Shown: positions 1 to 16,954 of the stretch, one piece after another
How positions within the stretch are numbered: the first letter of the stretch is position 1
Layout of the letters: each line of letters opens with the position of its first letter
DNA from: the human T2T-CHM13v2.0 reference genome, Homo sapiens
Assembly: GCF_009914755.1 (NCBI RefSeq)
Contig: NC_060929.1
DNA length: 64,000 bases
Direction: 5' to 3' (one strand)
The notes under the pieces: model-generated
Database searches by the model: none
What the model was told of the DNA's origin: nothing
Seen by the model: only the letters and a program-made list of their open reading frames with translations
Position numbers and translations under genes: made by a program

Positions 1-899
1 ATATTTCCATATTCGCCAGTGCTCAGGAACTCATCCTCCAAGTCTTCACTGGTTGTAATTTGTTTTATAAATCACCCAGAAGGAGTTGAGAGGAGAGGTT
101 TTGGTTGTATTTTGGGAGCAGAAGGGCACAGTAGGGAAAGAGCTTCTGTTCCAAGCATTTTAATGCAAACACAAGCACCACACAGCTGCTGGAGACCACA
201 GCCCCTTCTCACACGGCGTTGGGAAGCCTTTGAGCCTGCCTTTGGTCTCTGCTCCTCCCTAAGCACTCCACTGTGCCTTTGGGGCTGTTCCCTTTACTGC
301 TATTGCTCCCTGAGGGTCCCTGCCTTCCACTGGCATCCTAATTGGGCTCTGATTCTCTCAGGAAAAGCCTCAAGATCAACTCATACCTTCTTCATAGAAA
401 TTCCTTTTGTCTCTTTCTCTCAGGGATTTGCTCTGTTTGCTAGGCCAGTCCATAGAGTACGTATCCGCAGTTGAGCCCAACAAGTGAGAAAGGGCCCATG
501 TATTAGACGTCTCCCAGGAACCCTCTGTGCTTTCCACAAGTGTCCTCCATGATCTCAAATGATTGGAAAGCAAGGTGGCAAGCAAGTAGAGAAGGAAGGC
601 TCTGAAGATCAGTTACTTTGGGTCCTCTTAAATTTCAACATATAAATTACTTCTAGTGATTTTCTGTGCCCTGGGCATTGGGAGTAGAAGAGAGAGGAAA
701 GGAGTTTGGGGAGTTTTGAGTTGTTTGGCTCGATCAGCTTCTCTGCTCAGTAAGATACAGAGTACTGATGGTATGCAAGGACTCCCTAAAGAGCATCTAC
801 AATGAAGGTGCCTATTCTGATCCCGAGGAAAATAATAACAGACTAGCATTTGCATGTGGTTAACAAAATCTTTCAATCTTATAATCTCTCATGGTCCAG

Positions 900-1035
900 A
901 CCAGAACCGTCCTATAGAACTTTATGTGATCATTTTACATTTAAATTAAAAATTCTGTTTTGTGGTCACAATAGCCACATTTCACGCCCTCAGTGACCAT
1001 GTATGGTTAGTGGCTACCCTACTGGACGCTGCAGG
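900..1035. mobile_element. MER3/MER33-like hAT-Charlie MITE relic
   Basis: Contains 'tagccacatttca...catgtatggttagtggctaccctactggac...gcag', resembling the MER3 end. Confidence 0.6.
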
Positions 1036-1106
1036 TCCAGACAGCAACTGTGTAAATGTGGGGTGGGCATTCCTGTGCTCACTTGATCTACTAATCAAGC
1101 TCTTGG

Positions 1107-1510
1107 TGAGGCAGGAGAATGGGGTCTGGAAGCGGGGAACATAAGGCGATGCAAGCTGACTTCCTAGAACTAAATCAAATGGAAACACTTCAGCTATGAC
1201 AGGAAATATCCTTTCCATTTACATAGGGCATACACTGAGTAAATGACTTGTAACTTTACTTCATCCTCTTCATTTACATAGGGTGTACACCAAGTAACCA
1301 GTGGAAACCTCTAGAGGGTATTTAAACCCCAGAAAATTCTGTAATGGGGCTCTTGAGCCCCTGTGCTCGGGCAACTCCCACTCTATGGAGTGTACTTTCA
1401 TTCAATAAATCTCTGCTTTTGTTGCTTCATTCTTTCCTTGCTTTGTTTGTGCATCTTGCCCAATTCTTTGTTCAAGACGCCAAGAACCCGGACACCCTCC
1501 ACCGGTAACA
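1107..1510 (+). mobile_element. ERV1 solo LTR, MER61/MER51 family
   Basis: TGAGGCAGGAGAAT...GGTAACA termini, TATTTAAA box, AATAAA, perfect 4-bp TSD ttgg (1103-1106 / 1511-1514). Confidence 0.85.
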
Positions 1511-2576
1511 TTGGTGCAGATAAGAGGTCTTGGGCTCATCAGCCTCCAGGAAGCAGACAGGGAAAGAAAAGGAATGAGGTGGCCAGGGAGCTGCAGGAGT
1601 GGCAGGGACTGGCTCAAATTGAAGAGGCCATGCCTGGTTTAAGGGGGCAGCTACTGTTCGGCCGTTTGGAAATGCATGCCCAGAGATGCCAGATCTTTCC
1701 TTTTTTTGTTTTCTTTTTTTTTTTTGACATTGATAATGAATTTTTAAAATGTTAACATTATGTAGGCTAATAAAAAAGAACAAAAAACTAAAAACCTAAC
1801 CACATTGGAGCCCTATAGCCACTGAAGTTCAAATTCTGCAGATGGACCAAACCATTGCACCTAAAACAGCATCTGTGGAATCAGCTTCCATGAAGACAAG
1901 GGGATTGTAGGAATATTGGTTGTAGGAGGATAGAACCTGGGTTTGAGTTTCTTCCAGAAATGGGCAGAACAAGTAGACTGTGGTAGGGGTCAAACAAACA
2001 AACATACCAAAAATCCTTTTTGTTGTTTATTTTAGGAGTCAAAGTCAAGAGATTTTCAATCTACACACAGGCTGATAGAGAGCAGTGGTAGGGATAGGCC
2101 CCCAAGTATGAAGGAGCCCGAATTAGGTACAGGGATTTCCCCAGTGGTCTTACGTTTCAGCGTGTCATCATTTCACGGTTGTGCTATGATTCTTCCACAG
2201 GTAAGGAAGAGGAAAATTGTTTCTGTGCTCCAGTGCACAGACAGTTGTTAGTTGCTCCCGAAATTTTCATTGTAAGACCCCAAAATCATAGCATAGGAAT
2301 ACATCTTGAAATAAAAACACAAACATTTCAATAAAAGGAATGGATGAGGGGAAAATGATTTAGTTAGTTACAGAGATGTTGATTATCTTAATGAATAACC
2401 ATCCTTTTGGTAGGTGATAAAAGTTATTACATATCCAATCCATTGTTCTGACCTACAAAGGCTAGAAACAGTTTTCAACTTATCAGAAGTAAAGATCATT
2501 GTACAGAAAGTATCTGTTTTATTAATTCAACACTGTAAACATTTGCCATGTCTTAAAGTTCAAGTCTCTGTAACCT

Positions 2577-2820
2577 CCTGAGGTCAGGAGTTTGACATCA
2601 GCCTGACCAACATGGTGAAACCCTGTCTCTACTAATAATACAAAAATTAGCCAGGCATGGTGGCACTGTAGTCCCAGCTGCTCAGGAGGCTGAGGCAGGA
2701 GAATCGCTTGAACCTGGGGGGCGGAGGTTGCAGTTAGTAGAGATAGCACCGTTGCACTCCAGGCTGGGTGACAGAGCAAGACTCTATCTCAAAACAAAAA
2801 CAAAAACAAAACAAAAAAAA
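2577..2820 (+). mobile_element. 5'-truncated Alu (AluS-like)
   Basis: Alu sequence from 'cctgaggtcaggagttt' to the A-rich tail. Confidence 0.9.
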
Positions 2821-5800
2821 TCAAAAATAAAAGTCATAGGATTAAAAATGGAATATGTAGCTTATTGTGTAATACTGTAAGATACCACTGAGGTGTTTAC
2901 AAATACAAGAATTAAATTCTCGTTCAGAATGCTGATGTTTTCTGGAAAAGGAAATGCTGTTAAACCACAAGCATGCTACCATCTTTCCATCGTGTGGTCC
3001 CTTCCCTCTTGGAACCTTGGAGCATGTGCTGTATTTTGTTCAAACTATCACTGTCTGTTGAGATGCCTTTTTTCCCCAGGGTGGTCAGTCTTTGGGAGAA
3101 CTTGCATTAGTTCGTGGATATTTTAAGTTTTAATGAGCACTCAGCATACAGCAATATTACTCCAGGGGCTGGGGAATTGCTTTCTTTTATTTACATATTA
3201 CTTATTAGATTTCATTTAGGAAACAGTAGTGTCTGTAAGTAATTATCTCCCACCCCCAATGTTATAAAAAATAATAACCAGGTCCTTCGAAGTTAATGTT
3301 AGTAAGACAGTGTCCTGCGGGGAGGAGCAGCTGGATCTCATAGCCTGGTGTTTGTCCCCCAAGGCTCGCGGTCCTGTGGAGGATCTCATGTGCAGTCCTG
3401 CCACTGCCTCCACCCTGGGTGGAGTAGGGATGGGAGTGGGGACTATCATTTCCTTTTGAATAAAGCTGATTTAAACAGAGAAGCACGGGTCTTTCACTAA
3501 TGCCTTAGAGCCCAGCCCAGCCAAGGCTCTGTTATTCAGGAGAGGCTTTCCTCAAAGCTATGGAATGACCAAAGGCAGAGACTTACTGATGGCACCAGGG
3601 AGCACAGTAGCCTTTGGACAAATCTTCCCTGTTTATGGTTCACTGGTGAGAGCTTCCTCACTCCTCAGTTCCTGTGATGTTGAAGATACCTGAACCTGCC
3701 AAGTTCTAGCCTGAGAGAATGCCTGAGCTCCCTCTCCCTAGTTCCCGTTCTCCGCCTAGCTGGTTACACCAGCTGTGACCACCCACCCCTCTCAGAGTAG
3801 GCCATAGTTGGCCATGGAGGCAGAACTCCAGCATGACAAACATGCCAGAATGTCCCTGGACATTTAGTAACATGACAGCCCCTTCCCAGGAGTCATCACT
3901 ACCTTGTACCATCGATGTGGCTAAGGGGTGAGTCACGTGTGTCTTTCCAGCGTTTGAGATTAAGTATGCTAGGCCCTGTTTGTGGAATACGTAGTTCACG
4001 TGTCACCTTTTTATCTGGGCCCTAGGTGATCTTTCCTTTCAACATCAGCCTATTCCCTCTTGCATCCTTCTTCCCACATGACAGACATCCAGTGCCTCCA
4101 ATAATGACATCAAAAGGGATGAGACTGAAAAACAGATCAGAACTTGCTTGGATAACCTATTTTTCCTAAGCACTAAACAACATTAGACAACATGAAAATC
4201 TACCCTAAAACGCCTATAGGCTCACCCATAGTTGCAAGCAATAATGAAAGGTCTAAAAATATTTACACTTAGATATTATGAATATTCAATCTTTGTAACA
4301 TTTTTTTTTAAATTCTGTTTTCATACTTGCATTTTTATCTACCAAATAAAAATCGATAGAAAATGTTTTAGTTCATGAAAGAGAAACTTGGCCAAAAAAA
4401 AAACAAGTTCTCATTAATTTTTGTAAACCAACTGAAGCTATAATTCTCAGCCTCCTGCTGTCACTCTTTACAGCAGGTCCTCAGTCTGAGGTCTGGGGAG
4501 ACAATGCTGGTTTCCAATCCAGTTCCTGACTCTCAGTGCTCAGGATCTGCTTTGCACATTCCCTTTGAAGAACTTAGACCCACTCTCTGAAAGAGAAAAC
4601 TACAGAAACACGATAGACGAGACCCCGGGCAAGGCCGAGGTGATGGGAAGGTGCGGGAAAGGCAATGAGTGGGGAGGGGATAGGATACAAAAGGATAGGC
4701 CAGGAAGACAGAGGAAGAAAAGCCTGATCAAACAGATAACATTGTTTTATAGGGAGAGGACATTAATCTTGGAGATATACGATAAATCCTTTCATATGTA
4801 GTATAAGAACAATGATGACAGCAAAAGCCAGGAAGGCAGACTCAGTTTTTCTTTGAGTGTTTAATTTCCATGGTTCCAGTTTGGTGTATTTGAGCACGAT
4901 GATAGCTGTGAGCAAAATCTTCTCAATTCACTGATGTCTTGGAATTAAAACAAGCCTCTGCATCATTCTTTCACCCAGTAAGCATTTGTCAAGGTCCACT
5001 TGTGAGCATAGTGCACCAGAGAGGTCCTGAGGGATTGAAGAGAGGCAAGTGACGCTCTCCCCGCTCCAAAAGGTTTATGGTCAGGACCTCTGCTGGGATG
5101 AACAGTTCCTTGAAGGAGCCCACAGCAGGTGGTTTAGCTTAGTGGCCTTGGTAGGGAGAAGGGCAGCTGTGCAGTTAGGAATGAATTGGGGTTGTGTGTC
5201 TTGCAGGACCTGAGCTGCTGGGTGGTTTACAGCTATATGAAATTGTACGTGAAGGGGAAAATATGGCGGTGTGGATTCCTGGCTTCTGCAGGAAATAGCC
5301 AGAAAGCAAGTTATTTAGATGACTCAATGAAAACAAGAAATGGAAACTCATGCTTCTTGATTAAATGTGGCTTATTCACAGGGGGATGAGGCAAGGAGAG
5401 GAGAGAAAGGGGAGAAAAGCATGCATGTGCACATCAGTGCAAGCACATGAGTCTAAAAGGCAGATGGGATTGCCTGGAAAGGGAAAACCTCAAGGTGAAT
5501 GCATCAGAATGGCCTGATGATTACAGAAAAGTTCTAACACGATGCCTAATGAATCTACAGTACCTCTCTGGGAAAGACTCAGAGGACTTTGTGAGGTTAT
5601 GAAATTAATTTGTATTAAGTGTGTATAACACTCTAAAACACATTCCAACCTCAATGATCTCTCTTCTGCTATTAATTTATTCCAGCTCTTACTAAACTAT
5701 CCATGGGAATCCTCCCATCCCCCGTTTAACAATTCTTTGAATCCTCAGGCTTAGCTAATTCTTATTTGATCTGCAAGGTGGCGGTGTGTAACAGTCAGTA

Positions 5801-6534
5801 GATGCCACTGTCTAATAGTGAAGGTGTCCACTCAACAAGCTTGTAGGTCAGAAGCTTCAGGTTCCCTTTGATGGATTAGCTCCCTGCTTGGTCGGCTGTG
5901 TAAGGTCTCAAGTCTGTGCATAGTATTTACTTAAGTCAGTGATGTAGCCACCTCTCCATTTCAGAGATGACGTTAGTGATGTGATTTGCCCTGGGTCTGT
6001 GATCATTGCTTTCACCGGCCTCTGGCTGCAGCACATTGCCTCATGCACTAAGAAGCCACAGTTGCCCTTCAAGGCTGATTCAATGGCATTTCATGGTATC
6101 TAACCCTGGCCCACTGCCCTCTGGACTTAGATCTTCAGGTTGTGTCCAAAATCTTAGCTCGGAAGATGGAGACAGGATCAGGTACCACATGGTCTTGAGT
6201 GTAGGAGCCAGTCTGAATGTGTCCTGTCACTTGATAGCAGACAGACACTCTTCATCAGCTACTCAGGACTCCAGGCGCCAGGAAGTAAGTTGAGGTCAGG
6301 GAGTTTGTTTTATCTACTGATTTGGAAAAATATTTAGCCTCCCTGGAACAGAGATGTACATTCCGTGTGCCTGAAGCCATGAAATTTGGCAAGTCTCATA
6401 TCAGATACCTAAAACTGTTATGCAACTCAGTCTAATTTACATTGTAAGGCTGCCAGAGGGAACTAGATTTCTCCCTTGGTCTAAACGTCCCCTCTGACAA
6501 TTCTAAGGGCCCAACAATTGATATCAATCAATCA

Positions 6535-6563
6535 ACAATAATAATAATAATAATAGTAATAAT
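6535..6563. repeat. (TAA)n microsatellite
   Basis: Direct reading. Confidence 0.85.
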
Positions 6564-7611
6564 GATATACCTTGCCCATATTTGACCTACAGTTCAAGGC
6601 CCATAGCTTTGGATAATCAGAAGTTAGAATTTGGCTCAGAGGGACATGTGAGTGACTTATGCAATACTTTGGCCATTTTACAAATGAAGACAAAGGTGTC
6701 TGACAGTGTGAATTAGAATGAAAACATCTCCCAAGCTAGCGTTTCTTCCACAATGGGCTCTTGCTGCAGAAAAGAAAAGCTATCTTTCTTGTCATTTTTC
6801 ACCAAAGAGGCCATTGCATGTCTGATAATTTTTCTTCAAAATTGTTTCTTTTTATATTTAAATGCTTATTTTTTCCTAGCCGCTAGACCACCAGGGAAAA
6901 ATTGTTTTCAAAAACCTTAATTCTGCTACTTAATTTTGCATGGTATATGTGAATCTGCAAAGGCAAGCACTTCAAACTGTGCTGTCTGGGGAAATAACAC
7001 TTGCAATGGAAAGGCAAACTCAAAATCAGTGTGTCTAGCACTTACCTTTCAAATGATTAATGGTAATTGTGGTGTGTGTATGTATATGGGTGCAGAACTG
7101 TCAAAGAGCATCCATTTTAGATTAAACAGCTCTGGGTTCAACTTGAGGCTCAGCAAATTCTTCAGTTTTCTTATCTGGATTTTCTGTTCAACACACCAAA
7201 GTGTATTCTGTGAAATGTTAGTTTTGCAGAATAGGAAAAAAAGATCACAAGAAAAAAGGAAATCACAGTTAAATAAAAGAAGTTCAACTGGCTTTTTAAC
7301 CATAGGGTCGCTCAGAGGCTTTAAGATATTAAAATACAATGTGACTCTCAAAGAAGGAACAACATATAAATTAAAATGCAATGAATATCCAAGAGTTTCT
7401 CAAACTTACCTGATTATGGACATTTTTTTTTTCATAGAGCCACTCATGAAACTGATGAATTTAGGGAAATCCTACATTCCTCCGGACTTGGGTTGCAAGT
7501 AATGAGACCAAACACTAGCTTAGGCAAAAAGAGAAAACCATTTGCTCCGGTCACCAAATCAAAGTCAGGACAAGGGTAGAGATAGCCTCCTGGACAACTG
7601 GAGCAGCTGAT

Positions 7612-7805
7612 AATAATTAATATTTATTGTGAGACAACCATGTGCCAGGCACTGTTCAGCATGCTTCTCATGCATTAATTCATTCAATCCTCACAACAGT
7701 TCCATGAGCTAAGTACTATCATTATCTTTTACAGAAGAGGAAACTCAGGTTCAAAGAGGTTCAGTTTCCCAAGGTTACCTAGGCAGTCTGACTCTGAGCC
7801 CACAC
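7612..7805 (-). mobile_element. MIR SINE
   Basis: 'tgtgccaggcactgtt...aatcctcacaac...ttttacagaagaggaaact' MIR core. Confidence 0.8.
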
Positions 7806-8012
7806 TTGGAACCACTGACCTTATGCTTCTCCAGGGACTTAAATGCTGTCAAAGTTTATTTTTCCTGCATGACTCTTGCGTCCTTGGGTCTATTTAATTC
7901 TCTTCAACCAGCTTTCCCCATGAGACAGAGACCTGGCTCCCGCCTGTCAGCCTGCCCCCTACCTCCTTCCCGGGAAAGGGCTCCTCTTCCAATTCCTATT
8001 AAAAACATTCTG

Positions 8013-8302
8013 GGCTGGGTGCGGTGGCTGATGCCTATAATCCCAGCAGTTTGGGAGGCCAAAGCAGGTGGATCTTTTGAGGTCAGGAGTTAGAGACCAG
8101 CTTCTACTAAAAATACAAAAACAAAAACAAAAACAAAAAATTAGCTGGGCATGGTGGTGCGTGCCTGTAGTCTTAGCTACTCAGGAGGCTGAGGTGGGAG
8201 AATTGCTTGATCCTGGAGGCAGAGGTTGCAGTGAGCTGAGATCGCACCACTGTGCTCCTCCAGCCTGGGTGACGGACCGAGACTCCATCTCAAAAAACAA
8301 CA
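8013..8302 (+). mobile_element. Alu
   Basis: Dimeric Alu with a small left-arm deletion; TSD aacattctgg. Confidence 0.92.
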
Positions 8303-9489
8303 GAACATTCTGGAGAAGATCTATGATTAGCTCCTGACTTGAGGTCATGTGCCCAATCTTGGGCCAGTCACTAGGGTGGAGGGGCGGGTGGGGTGTTCTC
8401 GTCAGCTCAGCTTACATACCATTATTGTGGCCAGGAGAGCAGTGAACTATGATGGCCACTTCCACTATATCAGCATGGTCATAATAGGGTGACCATTATG
8501 TGATAGGGGGCACTTCTTTGAAAGAAAGAAGGTATGTTTTCCAGAAGAGGTGGCCAAGGACACTGGTATTCTGAACTGTCACACACCTGGGGATTTTAGA
8601 AACCAATGGGATATGTGTGTGGAGCTGCCAGCATGGTTCCTGGCGTTGCAATAGGCTGTTGATTCATCGTGGCTCCTCTTCTATTCAGGTTGCAAAAGAG
8701 AAAGATTTTAATGTGCAAATGCTTAACTAAGCAGGCAAAATAAACAGCTAGGAAGGCTGCTTTGTAAAACAAGTCCCACAGTTAAAAAAAGACAGCCAGG
8801 TCAAGGTCTAGGTCTGACAGGTCAGGCCAAGCTGGCAGACAAACAAAACAAGATCAGGGAATGGGGTAGCAAGATCCAAATTTATCATAAAGCATAGACT
8901 TGTTCAAGGAACAGGCCAGGGTCAACATCAGAGGTCCAATTTGAGTGAGACGGTGTGGGCAGAGGTCCAACCAGGCAGACCGGCCAGCCCACAGCAAGGT
9001 CTGGAGGGGCCCACTCGGGCTGGAGTGCAGGATCCCAGCAGGGTAGAGGTTAGGGAGCCATCCTCAGAGGCAGAACAGGGAGACAGAGAACAGTGCCTCA
9101 GATTCCAAGATAAGGAAGCAAGTGTGACCAAATTAAGTTAGGAGTTGTCTGTGGAGCCACATGATGCCAGAGAGAATTTCTTCCAAGCCCTAGAAGAGAA
9201 ATTTAATATGAACAACACATCGATTTACTTCCACCAGCTATACCCACATATCCTAAAGTCAGCAGTGACCACTTGCAGGAATGGGTTGCTGAATCCCAGA
9301 GAGGGGCACACGTGGGTACTTGCCATGCTGACAGCTTCAGTTCAGAAGGGCAGTCCTCCTCAGGCCTGTCTTTGTTTCCTCGGCCTCTAGCTTTGTGTTA
9401 GCCAGCTCTGTGCGCAGGATCGGTGAGGAATGCTGCCTCCTCGTCTGTGATGATCCACGAGGTGGATCCTCACCCACCTTCACTGTTGT

Positions 9490-10110
9490 AGTGTCTACTA
9501 CTACTGCTGTGAAAAAATCGCCACACACCAGTGGCTCAAAACAGTGCACGTTTATTATCTCACCGTTCTAGAGATCAGAAGTCAAAAATGGGTCTCACTG
9601 GGCTCACATCAAGGAGCTGGAAAGACACTGTTCCTCCTGGACACCCTTTGCCTGTTTTTATGTTTGTTGGTTTGTTTTTTTGAGACAGGGTCTCGCTGTG
9701 TTGTCCAGGCTTGTCGTGAACTCCTGGGCTCAAGCGATCATCCTGCCTCAGCTTCTCAAAGTGCTGGGATTACAGGTGAGAGCCACTGTACCCAGACCCT
9801 TTCTCTGCTCTTTCCAGCTTCTAGAGGCATCTGCATTCCTTGGCTTGTGGTGCCTTGCTCCATCTGTGGAGGCAGCAGCACAGCATCTTCCAGTCTGTCC
9901 CTGACCTGACTCCCTGCTTTCCTCTTGTAAAGAACCTGATGATTACGTTGGACTGCCCCCTCCCCCATAATGCAGGATAATCGCCTCATCTCTAAGTCCT
10001 TAACTTGATTGTACCTGCAAAGTCCCTTCTGCCATGTGAGGAAACATATTCACACGTGTCAAGGATTAGGGTGTGGACATCTTTTGGGGTTCATTAATCA
10101 GCCCACCAAA
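9490..10110 (-). mobile_element. MLT1 (MLT1C/D-like) MaLR LTR interrupted by an Alu monomer at ~9672-9797
   Basis: 'ccagcttctagaggc...cattccttggcttgtgg' and 'gattagggtgtggacatcttttgggg' MLT1 motifs. Confidence 0.75.
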
Positions 10111-10499
10111 GTTGTCACATTCACCTTTAAACCTCGTTTCCCAGTGCACACATTTCTACAGTTTCCATTGGCCTGTCCCAGATTTTATAAGCACCTGCAG
10201 AGGTACCACCGGGATGGGAGCTTGTGTGCCCTGGTGCTACTTACTCTTTGTGGAGGAGGATAGGGATAGAAGGTACTTGCTGTTCCTGAGTGAGGTGGGC
10301 TTCTGGAAGAGCTGTTGCGTTTAGTAAGGCCTAATCACGCAGAGAGACCCCCACCATTACCTTTTCCTTTACGAAGACGAGAATCTCTCAGCAGCTTCTG
10401 GTTGCGAACTAGTCCTATGTAGCTATTATACTTAAGCAGATTTTATGGAAAAGCAAATGGAACTGATAGGTCTCTTTGGAAAAACTCTCATGCCTGTGC

Positions 10500-11340
<841 letters not shown>

Positions 11341-11625
11341 TTCATTTAAAATCTAAATATAAGACATACTATAGCTATTTGAACTATTTTTAAAAGCAAC
11401 TCTTAAAAAAATAATAAAATGTTAAAAGGAATTTCAACTACTCCCATTATAGAGTAGACTCAATACAGAGCCAATTAATGATTTATAATTTTTCAACACT
11501 GTATTTTGGCTTTAAAACTGATTTAGCATCCAAAGTTTAAGCTCTTCAATAATTACATAATTAGTAAATTAGTAATTTGCTTACTTGTCTTTTTAAACAG
11601 CACAGTCAGTGAGAATGCATTCTCT

Positions 11626-11929
<304 letters not shown>

Positions 11930-13133
11930 CATTTTCTTTTTATGCAAAATCCCACTTGAAAAAGGAATAGGGATTTCATACCAACACTAGTTCTTACCAC
12001 AAACCTCTCTAATATAAGTCCAGCATGAACTTGCTTTAGTAGGATAAAGTCAGCAGTTCAGAATATATATATTTTTTCCTCCTGAGACTTATGCAGCACA
12101 CATTAATTTTCTCTATGGAACTAGATGGAAAAATATGTTAGTTAAAAATTTTATAATGAATACAGAATTATATCTCTTCACTATGGCAATATTGAATAGT
12201 GAATTGAACTTTATGCAAATAATGATATGCGAATCCAACTTCACCAGTTCTACATTTCTGCCTTATACAAAATGTTTCAGGCAAATTTAAAAGTAATTGC
12301 CATTTAGAAATTTAATCCAATACCCCGTCCCTTCTTTTATAGTCCCCTCATACTTTGTATACTTACGCTGCAAGTATCATATTGAATTAATTTTTTAGTC
12401 TTCCAAAATTGCAAGGATGAAGTTCCTGACACCTTGTAGAGTAAGAAAATTTGTAGATGAAAAACATGACTTTATGGAGTTGAGGGAGTGCAATTAGAAG
12501 TGAACAAATAAAAGTCATAGAATTTGTTTTGTTGTTCACAAAGTTAAAGCAATAAAGATAATACATTCAAGGTGGCTGTTAGGCCATACAACTTCTCTGT
12601 TTGGAATTTAAAAGGCATCTCTTTCTCTGGGTGGTTACAGCCCCAATTGGACAGGCGCCCCACTGCAGAGCACAACCTGCCTGACCATACGTGGCTCTGA
12701 GAAGGATTATTCATAACATTTTACAAATCTTAAAAGAGTAATATGAGTACGATACAAACAATTTAAATTTTCAACCCCTTGCTTGAAATGTTGTAGGATT
12801 TCTCTCCTCTGCACTTGCACTAATATGCATGCAGATTTGTTTGGCTTTGATGAGACAACATGTACAGTAAGAGGCATTTTACTTCCTCTGGGTCCGTGTG
12901 TCTCTTCAAGTGGGGTCTTCAAATGAGTCTTGACAGTCATTTCTCACACTCGCCCATGGTTTCAAATATGACGCTTCCAACTCAACAGACCCTGGGCAAT
13001 GGAGGTAGAAGCAGGTGTCTGCTCAGGGCGGTAATCCACAGGGTGGTCAGGCAACAGGAATACAGAGGTGCAGTGGTCAGTTGGTTGTGCAGATAGAAAA
13101 CAGCCTTGAGTAGAGACAAAATAACTTGACTCT

Positions 13134-13236
13134 GGTCGTGGTGGCTTGGGCCTGTAATCCCAGCACTTTGGGAGGCCAAGGCAGGAGGATCGTTTGAGCC
13201 CAGGAGTTCGAGATCAACCTGAGCAACAAAAAAAAA
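13134..13236 (+). mobile_element. Alu left monomer (FLAM-like)
   Basis: 'gtggcttgggcctgtaatcccagcactttggg...caacctgagcaac' followed by an A-tail. Confidence 0.8.
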
Positions 13237-13280
13237 TATATATATAATATATAGATAGATATAGATATAGATATAGACAT
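13237..13280. repeat. (TA)/(TAGATA)n microsatellite between tail-to-tail Alus
   Basis: Direct reading. Confidence 0.8.
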
Positions 13281-13559
<279 letters not shown>

Positions 13560-13904
13560 CTGTGTCCTAAATACTTTTGCAGTGCCTCCTCATGCAGTCT
13601 CATCCTGTCAGCAGTCCCAGGCAACTGGAATTCTGAAACTGAGTGAAGTGTGGCACAGGCAACTTCCTTATAAATGATTTACTTTATTATTTAATTTGCC
13701 TCCCAATAATTGGCTAGGATTAGAAAATACCAAAAGGAAAGAGCTACCAGCAAAGCTGGAAATATTTTGTTGAATTTTTTCAGACCATTGACTGTTTTAA
13801 TCGGTAGAATTGAATTGGTGTTTCTACATGACATATATGTAATGTTTAATCACAAACAGAAAAGTTGTAAGTATAGTACAGATAATGTTTTCCCTTTTTT
13901 AAAA

Positions 13905-14258
13905 AAATTTTATTTTTAGAGACAGGGTCTTGCTCTGTTGCCCAGGCTGGAGAGCAGTGGTGCTATTATAGTTCACTGCAGCCTCAAACTCCTGGGCTCA
14001 AGTAATCCTCCTGCCTCAGCCTCCCGAGAAGCTAGGACTATAGGTGTTAGCCATCATGCCTGCTAATTTTTTATTTTCTATTTTTTGTAGAGAGGGGGTC
14101 TCCTACATTGCCTGAGCTGATTGTAAATGTATGTGTATTCACCAGAAGGTGAAAGAGCCCTGAATATGTGTATGTGTATTCATGTACATATGCAGCCGGT
14201 CCTCCCGTCTCTACCTCCCAAAGTGCTGAGATCACAGGCGTAAGCCAACGTACCTGGC
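13905..14258 (-). mobile_element. AluJ-like, with a ~75-bp non-Alu replacement in the left arm
   Basis: Antisense Alu; 14120-14195 is non-Alu. Confidence 0.85.
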
Positions 14259-14556
14259 TTTTTTTTTTCCCCCTGAGGTTTCTCTTTTATTTATAAGCAT
14301 TTTGTCGGGAGAGACTTAAAAGTTATGTAAATATCCTGTACTTCATTAAACTTATAATTCATTGACTGTTTTATCCATATGAATATGGGCACCTGTATTT
14401 GGGTTACAAACTATTGCTACTACCCTTTGTCTCCATAGTCAGTGTCCCTCTTTCGGCTCCCCATTCAGGCTGGCTCCTGCATCCTTTTGACATGTCCCCT
14501 CACTCTCTCTTCTGCACTTGCATTAATACGCATGCAGATTTGTTTGGCTTTGATGA

Positions 14557-14962
<406 letters not shown>

Positions 14963-15342
14963 AGATTTCTTGCTTTCTAGCACAAAATGTTCCAGGCTTA
15001 TCTTATACTTTCCCTGCCCCAACACTGAAATCAGCCATTCCTCAAGAACCCCCTTGTTCCTTCTTTTTTTCAATTCAACTTTTTATTTGGAGATCACTAG
15101 ATTTGCATGCAGTTGTGAGAAATAGAGATTTCACGTTACCCAGTTAACCCCAATAGTAACATCTTGTAAAATTATAGGCAACATCACAACCAGGATATTG
15201 ACATGGACACAGCCAAGGCACAGAATTTTCCCTCTCTACTAGGATCCCTCCTGTTGCCTTTTTATAGCCATACCCACCTTTCTCTCTCCCTCTCTCATCT
15301 CCCACCAGAGCCCTGATTACTTTTAGTGGAGAATGGTATTTA

Positions 15343-15691
<349 letters not shown>

Positions 15692-15979
15692 ATTCAAGAC
15701 TTGGGTGTTAGGCGTGCTCACTGCTATTGGGGTGTTGCTGCTCTCAGGCACTTTTAGTGGATAGTTTCTCTTGATTTAATGTATGTGCATGTATATAAGT
15801 ACATACATATTTACATTGGTTATATCCACCTGTATCTATTGAAAACCAGGATTTCACACCAATACCTCCAATTCCAATCCAACACCATAGGGCTTACTTA
15901 TTCATTCCTTTACATATTTGTACCTCTCTTCCGCACGAGAAACCTGGCTTCCATTATCTTCACTTTAGCCCTTTGATTA

Positions 15980-16954
<975 letters not shown>

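Noticed and set aside
6936-7502. 188-aa ORF in non-repeat DNA
   Set aside because: TTG start, no recognisable domain, runs into repeat-derived sequence.
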